Positions 1 to 8,694 of a stretch of 56,972 bases of DNA are shown piece by piece. Numbering within the stretch: position 1 is the stretch's first letter; each line of letters starts with the position of its first letter. This stretch comes from a virus (lineage: Duplodnaviria > Caudoviricetes): positions 1 to 56,972 of IMG/VR virus record IMGVR_UViG_3300022750_000015; one strand, given 5' to 3'. The position numbers were made by a program, and so were the translations under genes. The notes below the pieces were generated by a model. It saw only the letters and a program-made list of their open reading frames with translations. It ran no database searches and was not told the origin of the DNA.

Positions 1-106
<106 letters not shown>

Positions 107-166
107 AAACACCCCGACAATGCAAATAAGCGTTTCGGGGTTGTGGTGGTACAAAATATTAGCATT

Positions 167-622
167 ATGAAAACTTTAGTATTTAAAACTCACAATAACG
201 CAAATGTACAAGCCGAATTAATAAACCGGTTTGAATCTAATTATCCGGACGCTGAAATTGAGTTTTCAGCCGAATACGAAGATATTTCACCGGCTGATCA
301 ATTGGACGATGTTAAGTACATTAATGAAATTTGCCGCCGTTTAGATAGCGGTGATTTATCGGCCTGGTTTACTGCTAAAGTAACCGTTACATATAGAGGC
401 TATTCAGCCACTGACTATCTAGGCGCTTGCAGCTATAACAGCTTTAAAGATTTTAAACAAGATGCTTATTATGCTGATATGATAAGCACCTGCATTAATG
501 AGATTAATGTCGATATAGCCGCTCATAATGCGGATATCTGCAAACGGTTTAATATTCGCCAACTAAAGAAGCAAGCGGAGCAATTGGGGTTTTATCTAAT
601 CCCTAAAACAGCTATATCATGA
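167..622 (+). CDS. Phage early hypothetical protein
   Basis: ORF 143..622; ATG at 167 (agcattATG) fits the local start context better; ATGA overlap with the next gene. Confidence 0.75.
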   Translation: MKTLVFKTHNNANVQAELINRFESNYPDAEIEFSAEYEDISPADQLDDVKYINEICRRLDSGDLSAWFTAKVTVTYRGYSATDYLGACSYNSFKDFKQDAYYADMISTCINEINVDIAAHNADICKRFNIRQLKKQAEQLGFYLIPKTAIS

Positions 623-822
623 AAAAAGATATATTTTGGCACCCCACCACAACGCGAAAGCCTGAATACCCAAACAAAAGGATGTTAGTAAAAACTTTTG
701 GTAGACATTCTGAATATATTTTTGGTTATTTAAGCCACGATGGTAATTGGCGAGATTTCGAAACAGAACAAATAATAAAAGTTACTCATTTTGCAGAAAT
801 TAATAGTCCTTACCAATCATGA
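619..822 (+). CDS. Small hypothetical protein (weak DUF551-like W..P...W...VTHF pattern)
   Basis: 67 aa ORF coupled by ATGA overlaps on both sides. Confidence 0.65.
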   Translation: MKKDIFWHPTTTRKPEYPNKRMLVKTFGRHSEYIFGYLSHDGNWRDFETEQIIKVTHFAEINSPYQS

Positions 823-959
823 TCCGCACAACCCGTATACACAAAACGACTTTTGTACGCAATTACCGCATTGCCCGTGCAACCGGTCTAAAACCAAAAC
901 AAGCGTTTAACTACGCTAAAAGTAACCCTATTAACACACAAAATATAAAAGCATTATAG
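819..959 (+). CDS. Small basic hypothetical protein (46 aa, MIRTTRIHK...IKAL)
   Basis: Read by hand, below the ORF-track cutoff; fills the gap exactly with an ATGA overlap. Confidence 0.6.
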   Translation: MIRTTRIHKTTFVRNYRIARATGLKPKQAFNYAKSNPINTQNIKAL

Positions 960-961
960 TT

Positions 962-1429
962 ATGGCAACTTTAGTAAAATTCTACCTAGAGAATGACGGA
1001 TCCGGCGACGTGTTTGCAGTATTCCCGCAATTAAATTACAACAAACGTTTATATGGTACTACTCAAAAACAGTGCTATGCCCACACCGGGCAACACAGTT
1101 CATGTACCCTAGATTACGTGAACGGATGTGAGATGGCAACAAAATCCGAATATTCGGACCTATTACAAGAGCTTAAAAGCATTGGTTACGACTGCAAAGT
1201 ACTTAACAAAGGGTTTAGAATAGAACAATATACGCTCCCCTTGTTTTGGGCTTCAGCTTTAGTTAACGACGATACATCAGGTATGGACGATAATGACGAA
1301 AAAGAGTTAACCGAATGGCTCAATGCCAACAAACCGGGTAGCTGCACGGGGGTATCTGAAGATACAAACTTCAGCACTTTTAACGGCTATGGTACTGAAG
1401 TATCAGAATTTACATTCATTAAACACTAA
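962..1429 (+). CDS. Phage early hypothetical protein, probably a fusion of two small domains
   Basis: 155 aa; N-part CYAHTGQHS...EY.DLL.EL.SIGY, C-part LP.FWASALVNDDTSG. Confidence 0.75.
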   Translation: MATLVKFYLENDGSGDVFAVFPQLNYNKRLYGTTQKQCYAHTGQHSSCTLDYVNGCEMATKSEYSDLLQELKSIGYDCKVLNKGFRIEQYTLPLFWASALVNDDTSGMDDNDEKELTEWLNANKPGSCTGVSEDTNFSTFNGYGTEVSEFTFIKH

Positions 1430-1629
1430 ATATAAAAACATTATAACATGACACAGCGCCACAAACCGGGGCATAACTTTGGTCAGTTGTGGTGTGATGC
1501 TTAATTAACCCCTACGCCCTGCCTAACAAACGGGGTTTACTTGGTATGAGACTAATAAACCTAATCGGCTGTTTTTATCAAGGTGTAAAAGCCGCTCTAA
1601 TTATGTACCTAATAACTAAATAATACGCT

Positions 1630-1773
1630 ATGTTTAAAACCCTATTCTTCGCGCTGTTTGCCTTAACAAGTAAACCCGCTCCGACCGTTGCACAACTCCG
1701 TTCAATTGCTAAACCTCCCACGGGTTGCAAGTATGTTAAACCGGCTTTAATCGGAAGGGAGGTATATTTATAA
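1630..1773 (+). CDS. Small hypothetical protein with hydrophobic N-terminus (47 aa)
   Basis: Read by hand (MFKTLFFALFAL...); TAATG overlap with the next ORF. Confidence 0.55.
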   Translation: MFKTLFFALFALTSKPAPTVAQLRSIAKPPTGCKYVKPALIGREVYL

Positions 1774-1967
1774 TGAAAGTATTATATAATTCAAAAAAGA
1801 ACTCTAAGTGTGTAGACGTATGTTTTAATTGTAAATCTGTAATACTACTATCTGTAAAAGATATAAATATACAGGAAAAAACCTACGTGTGTAAAGTTTG
1901 TAAATCTGAACAGTCCCTTATGGGTGATACATTAAAGGAAATAGAAGATGAAACAAAAACACCTTAA
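1773..1967 (+). CDS. Zinc-ribbon protein
   Basis: CFNC...CKVC cysteine pairs. Confidence 0.65.
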   Translation: MKVLYNSKKNSKCVDVCFNCKSVILLSVKDINIQEKTYVCKVCKSEQSLMGDTLKEIEDETKTP

Positions 1968-2145
1968 CCGCCTATTTGCACTAACCTTTATCAGCACGTT
2001 AATAATGCTTATTGCAGGCTTAGGTATGTTCTTTTTAAAACATGATACTTCGCCGACCTGGTATGTATCATGGTCAATAATTAACCTAATTGCGTTATGT
2101 GTATGCGTAACGTTTACATTATTTCCGAAACGATGGAAGAGTTAG
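1948..2145 (+). CDS. Small membrane protein (2 TM)
   Basis: Two hydrophobic stretches in 65 aa. Confidence 0.65.
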   Translation: MKQKHLNRLFALTFISTLIMLIAGLGMFFLKHDTSPTWYVSWSIINLIALCVCVTFTLFPKRWKS

Positions 2146-2348
2146 ATAAGCTATTTGCAAATCATGAAGGTAGACGCGATCTGGTTGAAATGCGCGATAT
2201 CATTGAGACTATTCTCAAAGAGCAGGGATTAACCGATTTGCCCAAAAACGAAAATAAGCGAATAGCCATATTCAGTCAGGCCAAACAACGCTATACACAA
2301 ATCAAACAATTGTACAATGGATTACCAAAACGCAAACATCAGAATTAA
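2133..2348 (+). CDS. Hypothetical protein
   Basis: ORF 2097..2348, likely start MEELDK at 2133. Confidence 0.6.
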   Translation: MEELDKLFANHEGRRDLVEMRDIIETILKEQGLTDLPKNENKRIAIFSQAKQRYTQIKQLYNGLPKRKHQN

Positions 2349-2541
2349 AATTATCGGTGCTCAAGGTATCGGCAAATCAGTTATAGCGGATCTGCTAACT
2401 GAAGCACTAGCTGAAAAGGGCTATACAGTCACTAATTTCGACGGTGAAAGCTTAAAAGAGATTAAGCTACAACACAATTGCGGGGTAGCCATCTACACAA
2501 AGCAAAAAGATTTAGATGACGAATACATAAAAGGATTATAA
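2317..2541 (+). CDS. Small protein with Walker A motif (P-loop fragment)
   Basis: GAQGIGKS in 74 aa. Confidence 0.6.
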   Translation: MDYQNANIRIKIIGAQGIGKSVIADLLTEALAEKGYTVTNFDGESLKEIKLQHNCGVAIYTKQKDLDDEYIKGL

Positions 2542-2598
2542 CACAAAACAGCCTGCTAAGCAATTAGCGGGCTTTACCTGGTAAAAGCATATTAGATT

Positions 2599-2841
2599 AT
2601 GAGCGTATTTGTAGAACTCAAATTGCCTGATAGCGGTTTAAATGTAACCGTATTAGAGATAACCCGATTTAGCTTAATAGTTAGCCGGTTTTTACCCGAA
2701 CATTTACAAGGTATGGCAATACTTGTACAGGCTTGCAGAATCGAAAATGAACCGTTGACGCCTGATCAGTATCAGGTACTAAGCGAAACGGACGTAGAGC
2801 ACATAAAACAGGCTTTAATTGCACAACTCATAAGTTTATGA
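2599..2841 (+). CDS. Hypothetical protein (possible tail-chaperone-like fold)
   Basis: 80 aa ORF after a hairpin, good start context. Confidence 0.6.
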   Translation: MSVFVELKLPDSGLNVTVLEITRFSLIVSRFLPEHLQGMAILVQACRIENEPLTPDQYQVLSETDVEHIKQALIAQLISL

Positions 2842-3194
2842 TTAACAACCAAATTGAATCAGTATTTAAAAGACGGGGTTTACATTACCTCAATACCGAT
2901 AATGAGCTATGCAATCCGCATAACGATAGTAAGATAAATTTCATGCTACCGGATGCAAGCACGTACGCTAATGATCCCACGGCTTTAATATTGCCTATGG
3001 CCGGGGTTAATGCGTTCTACAGTGATATACATAAACACCACCTCAGTATAACTACCCGTAGCATTAGAATGTGTTTAGATAGGCTGTTTTTGCGTTTGGG
3101 ATACGCATCTGTTATACACCCCGTTATGGGGTTGCATTATGCGGACGCGGTATTGGTTGAGCACGATGGTTTAATTAAGATTATAGATTTATAG
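2838..3194 (+). CDS. Hypothetical protein
   Basis: 118 aa, ATGA overlap. Confidence 0.65.
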   Translation: MINNQIESVFKRRGLHYLNTDNELCNPHNDSKINFMLPDASTYANDPTALILPMAGVNAFYSDIHKHHLSITTRSIRMCLDRLFLRLGYASVIHPVMGLHYADAVLVEHDGLIKIIDL

Positions 3195-3195
3195 C

Positions 3196-3597
3196 ATGAA
3201 AGATAAACAATTTCCGGGCGGAGTTTTGGCCGTTGGAAGTACGAATGAACCACAATTTAGACTTCAACCGTTTACGTATATCGCAGTGGACGGTTTAGAG
3301 CAAATAAGCCGTAAAAAGCTTAAACGGCTAATACGTGCATTCCCTAAACAGAAAAAAGCACGTTTGCCGCGTAAACTTAAAAAGCGGCTTATTAAGCGAC
3401 TTGAAAACAAAAACGCCGCGTATGTCAAAATGATTACCAGGCTTAAAACCGGGGCTTATAATTTGCAGCGTTTACCGTATAGTGAGCGAAAAACGTTTAC
3501 GGATCCAGCATTAGGTAAACCGTATACACCCGGTCCGATAGAGGTCAAAGGCGTAGACTCTTTGTACACTATCCCTAACAATTCAACCAACCCTTAA
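3196..3597 (+). CDS. Basic hypothetical protein with RLPRKLKK motif
   Basis: 133 aa, repeated Lys/Arg-rich segments. Confidence 0.65.
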   Translation: MKDKQFPGGVLAVGSTNEPQFRLQPFTYIAVDGLEQISRKKLKRLIRAFPKQKKARLPRKLKKRLIKRLENKNAAYVKMITRLKTGAYNLQRLPYSERKTFTDPALGKPYTPGPIEVKGVDSLYTIPNNSTNP

Positions 3598-3741
3598 CCA
3601 AAACCGCCGATACACTATCTGCCCTCGGTAATGCCGAGGCCAGGTAGCCCTCGGTGACAAACCAAATCTGCTACGCGTACGTAGGCTTGCATTAGCTTGG
3701 GCCGGCGCTGGCGGCTGAAAAATTTAAACAACAGAAAAACG

Positions 3742-3990
3742 ATGGAGAATACTACAGATCAACTCGAACCGCTAAAAAACCTCATTAAAGAATGGGGGAT
3801 TAGCTTAACTGTCCTGGCCGATAAAATGGGCATGAGCAAAAGCACTTTTAAGAATAAATTTTATCGCTCTGGGGGTAAATACGATTTTACCGAATCGGAA
3901 GAAAAACTTTTAAGGCAAAAACTTTTCTGCTTCGGGGCGGATATGCAAACACGATCTGCTTTTGTTAAAATAGAATATACCGAAGTATAG
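3742..3990 (+). CDS. Helix-turn-helix (XRE/Cro-like) DNA-binding protein
   Basis: LIKEWGISLTVLADKMGMSKSTF HTH pattern; ATG at 3742. Confidence 0.7.
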   Translation: MENTTDQLEPLKNLIKEWGISLTVLADKMGMSKSTFKNKFYRSGGKYDFTESEEKLLRQKLFCFGADMQTRSAFVKIEYTEV

Positions 3991-4060
3991 TAATACTCAA
4001 AAAGTAAAATTTTTTCCTGCCTTTTAAACAGGGGGTGGGTTATTTAAAACAGATAAAGTT

Positions 4061-4249
4061 ATGAACGAGAACACTTTTATACTTACGCACATCAGTCAAT
4101 GGGTCATCAACTATAACACGATTATGACCGAGGCGAATATGTCGGAGTTTCACGAGCTACCAGCAAATAACCAAGAGATTATCCTACACAACGCCACACA
4201 AGAGGCGAAGTATTTGTGGAGTAAATTACCGGAATATCTAAAATCGTAA
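4061..4249 (+). CDS. Hypothetical protein
   Basis: 62 aa ORF in the operon. Confidence 0.6.
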   Translation: MNENTFILTHISQWVINYNTIMTEANMSEFHELPANNQEIILHNATQEAKYLWSKLPEYLKS

Positions 4250-4251
4250 TT

Positions 4252-4452
4252 ATGGAAAAACGCTACGTCATCACCATGCTGCTTCCGATAATAGAAGCAC
4301 CTACGCTCAAGCCATACGCCTTAATCCGAGTAAGCAAAAGAGCGTACCGCACTTTCGAGTTAGCAGAGAAAGCGCTGCTATCCAGTAAATCAATAGTACC
4401 CGGCAAAGCTTATAGCATTATGCCGGTTTATGTTAAACCAGTAAAGAAATAA
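4252..4452 (+). CDS. Hypothetical protein
   Basis: 66 aa ORF in the operon. Confidence 0.6.
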   Translation: MEKRYVITMLLPIIEAPTLKPYALIRVSKRAYRTFELAEKALLSSKSIVPGKAYSIMPVYVKPVKK

Positions 4453-4454
4453 TC

Positions 4455-4979
4455 ATGCAAAACGTAAAAGCAGAAAAACAAGAACCAGTTTCATTCGCAG
4501 GCATTCGCTTCGGCGATAAAGTAGATGTTTATGAATATCTACAGAAACACATTAAGCAGGATATCATAATCACGGGCAGTACAGCGCTCAAAGCCTATGG
4601 ATTAACTAACGAATCGGACGAATTTGATTTGGATCTTATCGTCCACAAGCCGACCGAAGAAACTCAGAAATTCTTTGATTTTTTAAGTTCGTTCTTTCCT
4701 GAGCACGAACACGAGAAAAGCTATATGAAACCCGATCGCTCGGACTTCGACATAGGTAAACTATCAATGTTCAGATTACTCGGGCCGGGTCAGCAAGACT
4801 TCAAGGTGCATATATTCTATAAAGATAAAGCGCAGCAGGTTACGCACTATAAATTCAGAGATAAGACGTATCCTATAGCACTACCTGGCGATATATTTTT
4901 AGCTAAGAAGCGTTTCGCTCGTCCGAAGGATTATCAGCAGTTAGGGGCTATCTGCGCTAAAATCTTAAAACCGGAATAA
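4455..4979 (+). CDS. Nucleotidyltransferase-fold (Pol beta superfamily) protein
   Basis: ITGSTAL...DLDL motif (GS + DxD) and late K..RPKD motif. Confidence 0.65.
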   Translation: MQNVKAEKQEPVSFAGIRFGDKVDVYEYLQKHIKQDIIITGSTALKAYGLTNESDEFDLDLIVHKPTEETQKFFDFLSSFFPEHEHEKSYMKPDRSDFDIGKLSMFRLLGPGQQDFKVHIFYKDKAQQVTHYKFRDKTYPIALPGDIFLAKKRFARPKDYQQLGAICAKILKPE

Positions 4980-4991
4980 TTTTCCACACCC

Positions 4992-5022
4992 TTGCAAAAG
5001 TTAATCGGTTTAACTATGTTTG
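4992..5022 (+). promoter_or_regulatory. Bacteroidetes-type sigma70 promoter for the primase operon
   Basis: TTG at 4992, 20-nt spacer, TATGTTTG at 5015-5022. Confidence 0.7.
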
Positions 5023-5044
5023 ATGCCCCAACAGTATTATACTA

Positions 5045-5245
5045 ATGAGCACCATACACGTTAAACCGAAACCCTGGAAAGAGCTTATAGCCGAGATGCA
5101 GATAAAGGATCAGCTTCAGTTCGATAAGCTGAATACCAAATCCATTAAGGCTATGATCAGCGGGCCTATCAAAGAGTCACACCCTCAGCGGGTGTACAAG
5201 ACCAGCACTAAAGGCACTGCCATGACCGTTACCAGATTAAGCTAA
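5045..5245 (+). CDS. Small putative DNA-binding protein (paralogue-like to 15686..15883)
   Basis: 66 aa basic protein, first gene behind the promoter. Confidence 0.6.
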   Translation: MSTIHVKPKPWKELIAEMQIKDQLQFDKLNTKSIKAMISGPIKESHPQRVYKTSTKGTAMTVTRLS

Positions 5246-5264
5246 CCTTTCCAAGCCCCTAATT

Positions 5265-7637
5265 ATGCAGCTAAACATTGCTACCGGTAAAGTATATAAA
5301 AGCCGTGAAACCAAAACGTGGAAGAACGTTACCATATCCTGGAAGGACTTAGTTAAAAAGCTATCGGTTACCATCCGAACGAACGAAAGCTATAAGCAGT
5401 ACTGCGCCTTCACGAAAGAGCAACAATCCGATATCAAGGACAAAGGCTCTTTCGTGGGTGGGTACCTGTTAGACGGCAAACGCTCACCGTCCACAGTAGA
5501 GTTCCGGCAACTGCTTACACTCGATATGGACTTAGCCTCGATCGATTTCTGGGACGAGTTCTGCATGTTCTACGGCTGCGAGGCCGTACTGCATAGCACA
5601 CATAAGCACTCTTCTAAAACACCGAGATACCGGTTAGTTATACCGCTTGACAGGACAGTAAACAGTACCGAATATCAGGCCATCTCCCGCAAGGTAGCAG
5701 CCGGATTAGGTATCAACCTGTTCGACCCGACTACCTGCCAACCGGAGCGCCTGATGTACTGGCCTACCAGTTCTAAAGACGGAGAGTTCGTATTCGAACA
5801 CCAAACGGGTAAACTGCTATCGGCTGATGCCATACTGGCGAAGTACCACGACTGGACTAACATCAGCGAATGGCCGATGTTCGAGGTCGAAAAGGACTTC
5901 ATGAAGCTGGGAGGTAAGCTACAGGGCGCACCGGCAGACAAGCCGGGACTCATAGGGGCGTTTAACCGGGCGTACTCCATCAGCGCGGCCATAGAAGCGT
6001 TCCTGAGCGACGTATACGAGCCGACGGCCAGCGAGGACAGATACACATACGTAGGCGGCTCGGGGGCATCAGGCGCTATAGTTTACGGACAGGACGAGTT
6101 CCTATACTCCCACCACGGCACTGACCCGATACACGGTAAGCTGGTTAACTCTTACGACCTGGTGCGTTTACATCTCTACGGGGGGCAGGACGGGGACGAG
6201 CGCGAACTGAGTAAGCAGAAGAGTAATAAGCTGATGGCTGATTTCGCCGCAGAGGACCCTAACGTAAGGGCCGAAGCCGGTAGCCGTAGGTTAGCATCAG
6301 ACGATTTCGACGTACTCGAAGAGACCGAATGGCTGAAAACCTTAAAGGTAGATAAGTTCGGTATGTACGAGGCTACGATACCTAACTTCTATACGATCAT
6401 CAGCAACGACCCCAATCTAAAGGGCAGATTAAAATACAACCTGTTTAGTCACCGGGCTATCGGTGTATTACCGTTACCCTGGAAGGATGGAACGGGCGAA
6501 ATAGAGCTGGCCGATCACGATAGCGCAGGATTGCGGATGTACCTCGAGAAGCGGTACCACATCCACCATATCGGTAAATTCGCCGACGGGGTGATGCGCG
6601 TGTTACACGATAACGCCTTTCACCCGATCAAGGAATACATAGACGGCATTACCTGGGACGGTAAATCGAGGCTGGATACCATGTACATAGATTACCTTGG
6701 GGCAGATGACAATAAGCTGAACCGGGAGATCACCCGCAAGGCTTTCGTGGCTGCAGTAGCCAGGGTGTACGTGCCCGGCATCAAATTCGATTACGTGTTG
6801 ACCTCCGTAGGACCCGAAGGTATAGGCAAAAGTACCATACTTGACCTCTTGGGTAAAGACTGGTTCTCAGATAGTTTTATGGGCGTAACGGGTAAAGAGG
6901 CGTTCGAGCAGCTGCAAGGTTCGTGGATCATCGAGATAGCGGAGCTGTCCGGCTTCAAGAAAAGCGAAGTGGAAGCAGTAAAGCATTTCATATCCAAAAG
7001 AGTAGACCGGTTCCGCGTAGCCTTCGGGCATATACCGGAGAGCTTCGCCAGGCAGTGCGCGTTCTTCGGCACCACCAATGAGTACGGTTTCCTTAAAGGC
7101 GCTACTGGTAACCGCCGGTTCTGGCCTATCGTCGTAACCGGCGTTACTTTCTACGACCTGAAGGAGTTGCCGGTAGATCAGATATGGGCCGAAGCCAAAT
7201 ACTATTTTGATCAGGGCGAGAGACTGTATCTCGACGCGGATTTCGAGCAAGAGGCAAGAGAGCTGCAAGCCGACCACACCGAGACAGACGACCGATCAGG
7301 ACCTATAACCGAATACCTGAATACCCTACTACCTATCGACTGGCCAACCATGGACGCATTCGAGCGACGCAGCTATTTAGGAGATCCGGCTATGATCGAA
7401 GAAAAGGGCGAAGTACAGCGGAAAACTGTATGTGTGCCTGAGCTATGGGTAGAGTTGTTTAAGGCGGAGTTAAAGGATATGGGGCCGCATAATACTAAAT
7501 ACATACATCAGATCATGGCCACAATACCAGGTTGGGAGAGGTCAGAAAGTAATTTAACGTTCCCGATATACGGTAAGCAAAGGGCTTATCTGTTAAGCGG
7601 TACAATTGTTAAGAAGAGAAAGGCGAAGAGGGTATGA
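5265..7637 (+). CDS. Primase-helicase, virulence-associated E (VapE/VirE) family
   Basis: N-terminal primase motifs (LTLDMD, HSTHKH, PRYRL); C-terminal SF3 helicase GPEGIGKST, WIIEIAEL, GTTN, TGNRRFWP. Confidence 0.92.
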   Translation: MQLNIATGKVYKSRETKTWKNVTISWKDLVKKLSVTIRTNESYKQYCAFTKEQQSDIKDKGSFVGGYLLDGKRSPSTVEFRQLLTLDMDLASIDFWDEFCMFYGCEAVLHSTHKHSSKTPRYRLVIPLDRTVNSTEYQAISRKVAAGLGINLFDPTTCQPERLMYWPTSSKDGEFVFEHQTGKLLSADAILAKYHDWTNISEWPMFEVEKDFMKLGGKLQGAPADKPGLIGAFNRAYSISAAIEAFLSDVYEPTASEDRYTYVGGSGASGAIVYGQDEFLYSHHGTDPIHGKLVNSYDLVRLHLYGGQDGDERELSKQKSNKLMADFAAEDPNVRAEAGSRRLASDDFDVLEETEWLKTLKVDKFGMYEATIPNFYTIISNDPNLKGRLKYNLFSHRAIGVLPLPWKDGTGEIELADHDSAGLRMYLEKRYHIHHIGKFADGVMRVLHDNAFHPIKEYIDGITWDGKSRLDTMYIDYLGADDNKLNREITRKAFVAAVARVYVPGIKFDYVLTSVGPEGIGKSTILDLLGKDWFSDSFMGVTGKEAFEQLQGSWIIEIAELSGFKKSEVEAVKHFISKRVDRFRVAFGHIPESFARQCAFFGTTNEYGFLKGATGNRRFWPIVVTGVTFYDLKELPVDQIWAEAKYYFDQGERLYLDADFEQEARELQADHTETDDRSGPITEYLNTLLPIDWPTMDAFERRSYLGDPAMIEEKGEVQRKTVCVPELWVELFKAELKDMGPHNTKYIHQIMATIPGWERSESNLTFPIYGKQRAYLLSGTIVKKRKAKRV

Positions 7638-8419
7638 GGGATTTATTGAATACTATCCATACAGCCGATTGCAATTTGTTTATGAGCGATCTGCCCGAAG
7701 CCTGTATCGATCTTACCGTTACTTCACCGCCTTATGATAAATTAAGAGTTTATAACGGTTTCTCCTTCGACGTAGATTTAGTAATTAAGAACCTTTACCG
7801 GATAACTAAAAAAGGCGGTATAGTAGTTTGGGTTGTTTCTGATCAAACGGTTAAAGGCTCTGAATCGGGTACCTCTTTCCGAACCGCTTTAAAGTTTATG
7901 GAGATTGGTTTCAATTTACATGACACTATGATATACGCAAAGAAAAATTTTATACCTCAAACCCATAACAGATATGAGCAAGAGTTCGAGTATATGTTTG
8001 TGTTTAGCAAAGGTAAGCCAAACACTTTTAGCCCTTTAAAAGTACCAGCTAAAACCGCAGGACAGACAATGAAATTAGGTCAAAAAGGCTACGGGTTTAA
8101 AGAGGGGTCTTTTAGAAGAAGGCATGAAGAGATTACTACAGGTGAAAATAAAACGCCAGGCAATATATTTTATTACGCTTGTGGTTCAAGTGGCAAAAAC
8201 CACCCGGCTGTTTTCCCCGCAGCTTTGGCGGCGGATCACATTAAAACGTGGACTAATCCTCTTGATATAGTATTCGACCCGTTCAGCGGAAGCGGAACGA
8301 CTTGCGAAGAGGCTAAAAGATTAAGCCGGTGGCATTTAGGATGCGATATCAGCGCACAGTACGTTAAAGAAAGTAACGAATCTTTAGCTAATATAGACTC
8401 CATATTCGATATCCTATGA
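7634..8419 (+). CDS. DNA amino-methyltransferase (N4-cytosine/N6-adenine family, beta class)
   Basis: TSPPY catalytic motif, HPAVFP, DPFSGSGTT SAM-binding motif. Confidence 0.92.
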   Translation: MRDLLNTIHTADCNLFMSDLPEACIDLTVTSPPYDKLRVYNGFSFDVDLVIKNLYRITKKGGIVVWVVSDQTVKGSESGTSFRTALKFMEIGFNLHDTMIYAKKNFIPQTHNRYEQEFEYMFVFSKGKPNTFSPLKVPAKTAGQTMKLGQKGYGFKEGSFRRRHEEITTGENKTPGNIFYYACGSSGKNHPAVFPAALAADHIKTWTNPLDIVFDPFSGSGTTCEEAKRLSRWHLGCDISAQYVKESNESLANIDSIFDIL

Positions 8420-8694
8420 GAGAATCCTTCATAGAAGCCAAACTCCGTAAAGCCATACAGGCTCTCGGCGGTATCTGTATTAAGTTCACCTCCCCCGGCA
8501 GCATGGACGGTGTACCAGACCGGATCATCCTGTTACCCGGCGGTAGAATATACTTTGTAGAAACTAAATCGCCTGCGGGCAAGCTTTCGGCCATTCAGCG
8601 ATTCGTTCATAAGACGTTCGCTAAGCTGGGGTTCCCCGTGCGCGTAATCGGTACTTTGGAAGAGTTGGCAGCATTTATAAATGAGATAAAATAA
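8416..8694 (+). CDS. VRR-NUC domain nuclease
   Basis: E..IE...GVPDRI...FVETK..GKLS..Q pattern; canonical position before SNF2. Confidence 0.9.
   Translation: MRESFIEAKLRKAIQALGGICIKFTSPGSMDGVPDRIILLPGGRIYFVETKSPAGKLSAIQRFVHKTFAKLGFPVRVIGTLEELAAFINEIK

Noticed and set aside
3742-3990. HTH gene as evidence of a lysogeny module
   Set aside because: No integrase, partition genes or divergent cI/cro pair recognised; lifestyle left open
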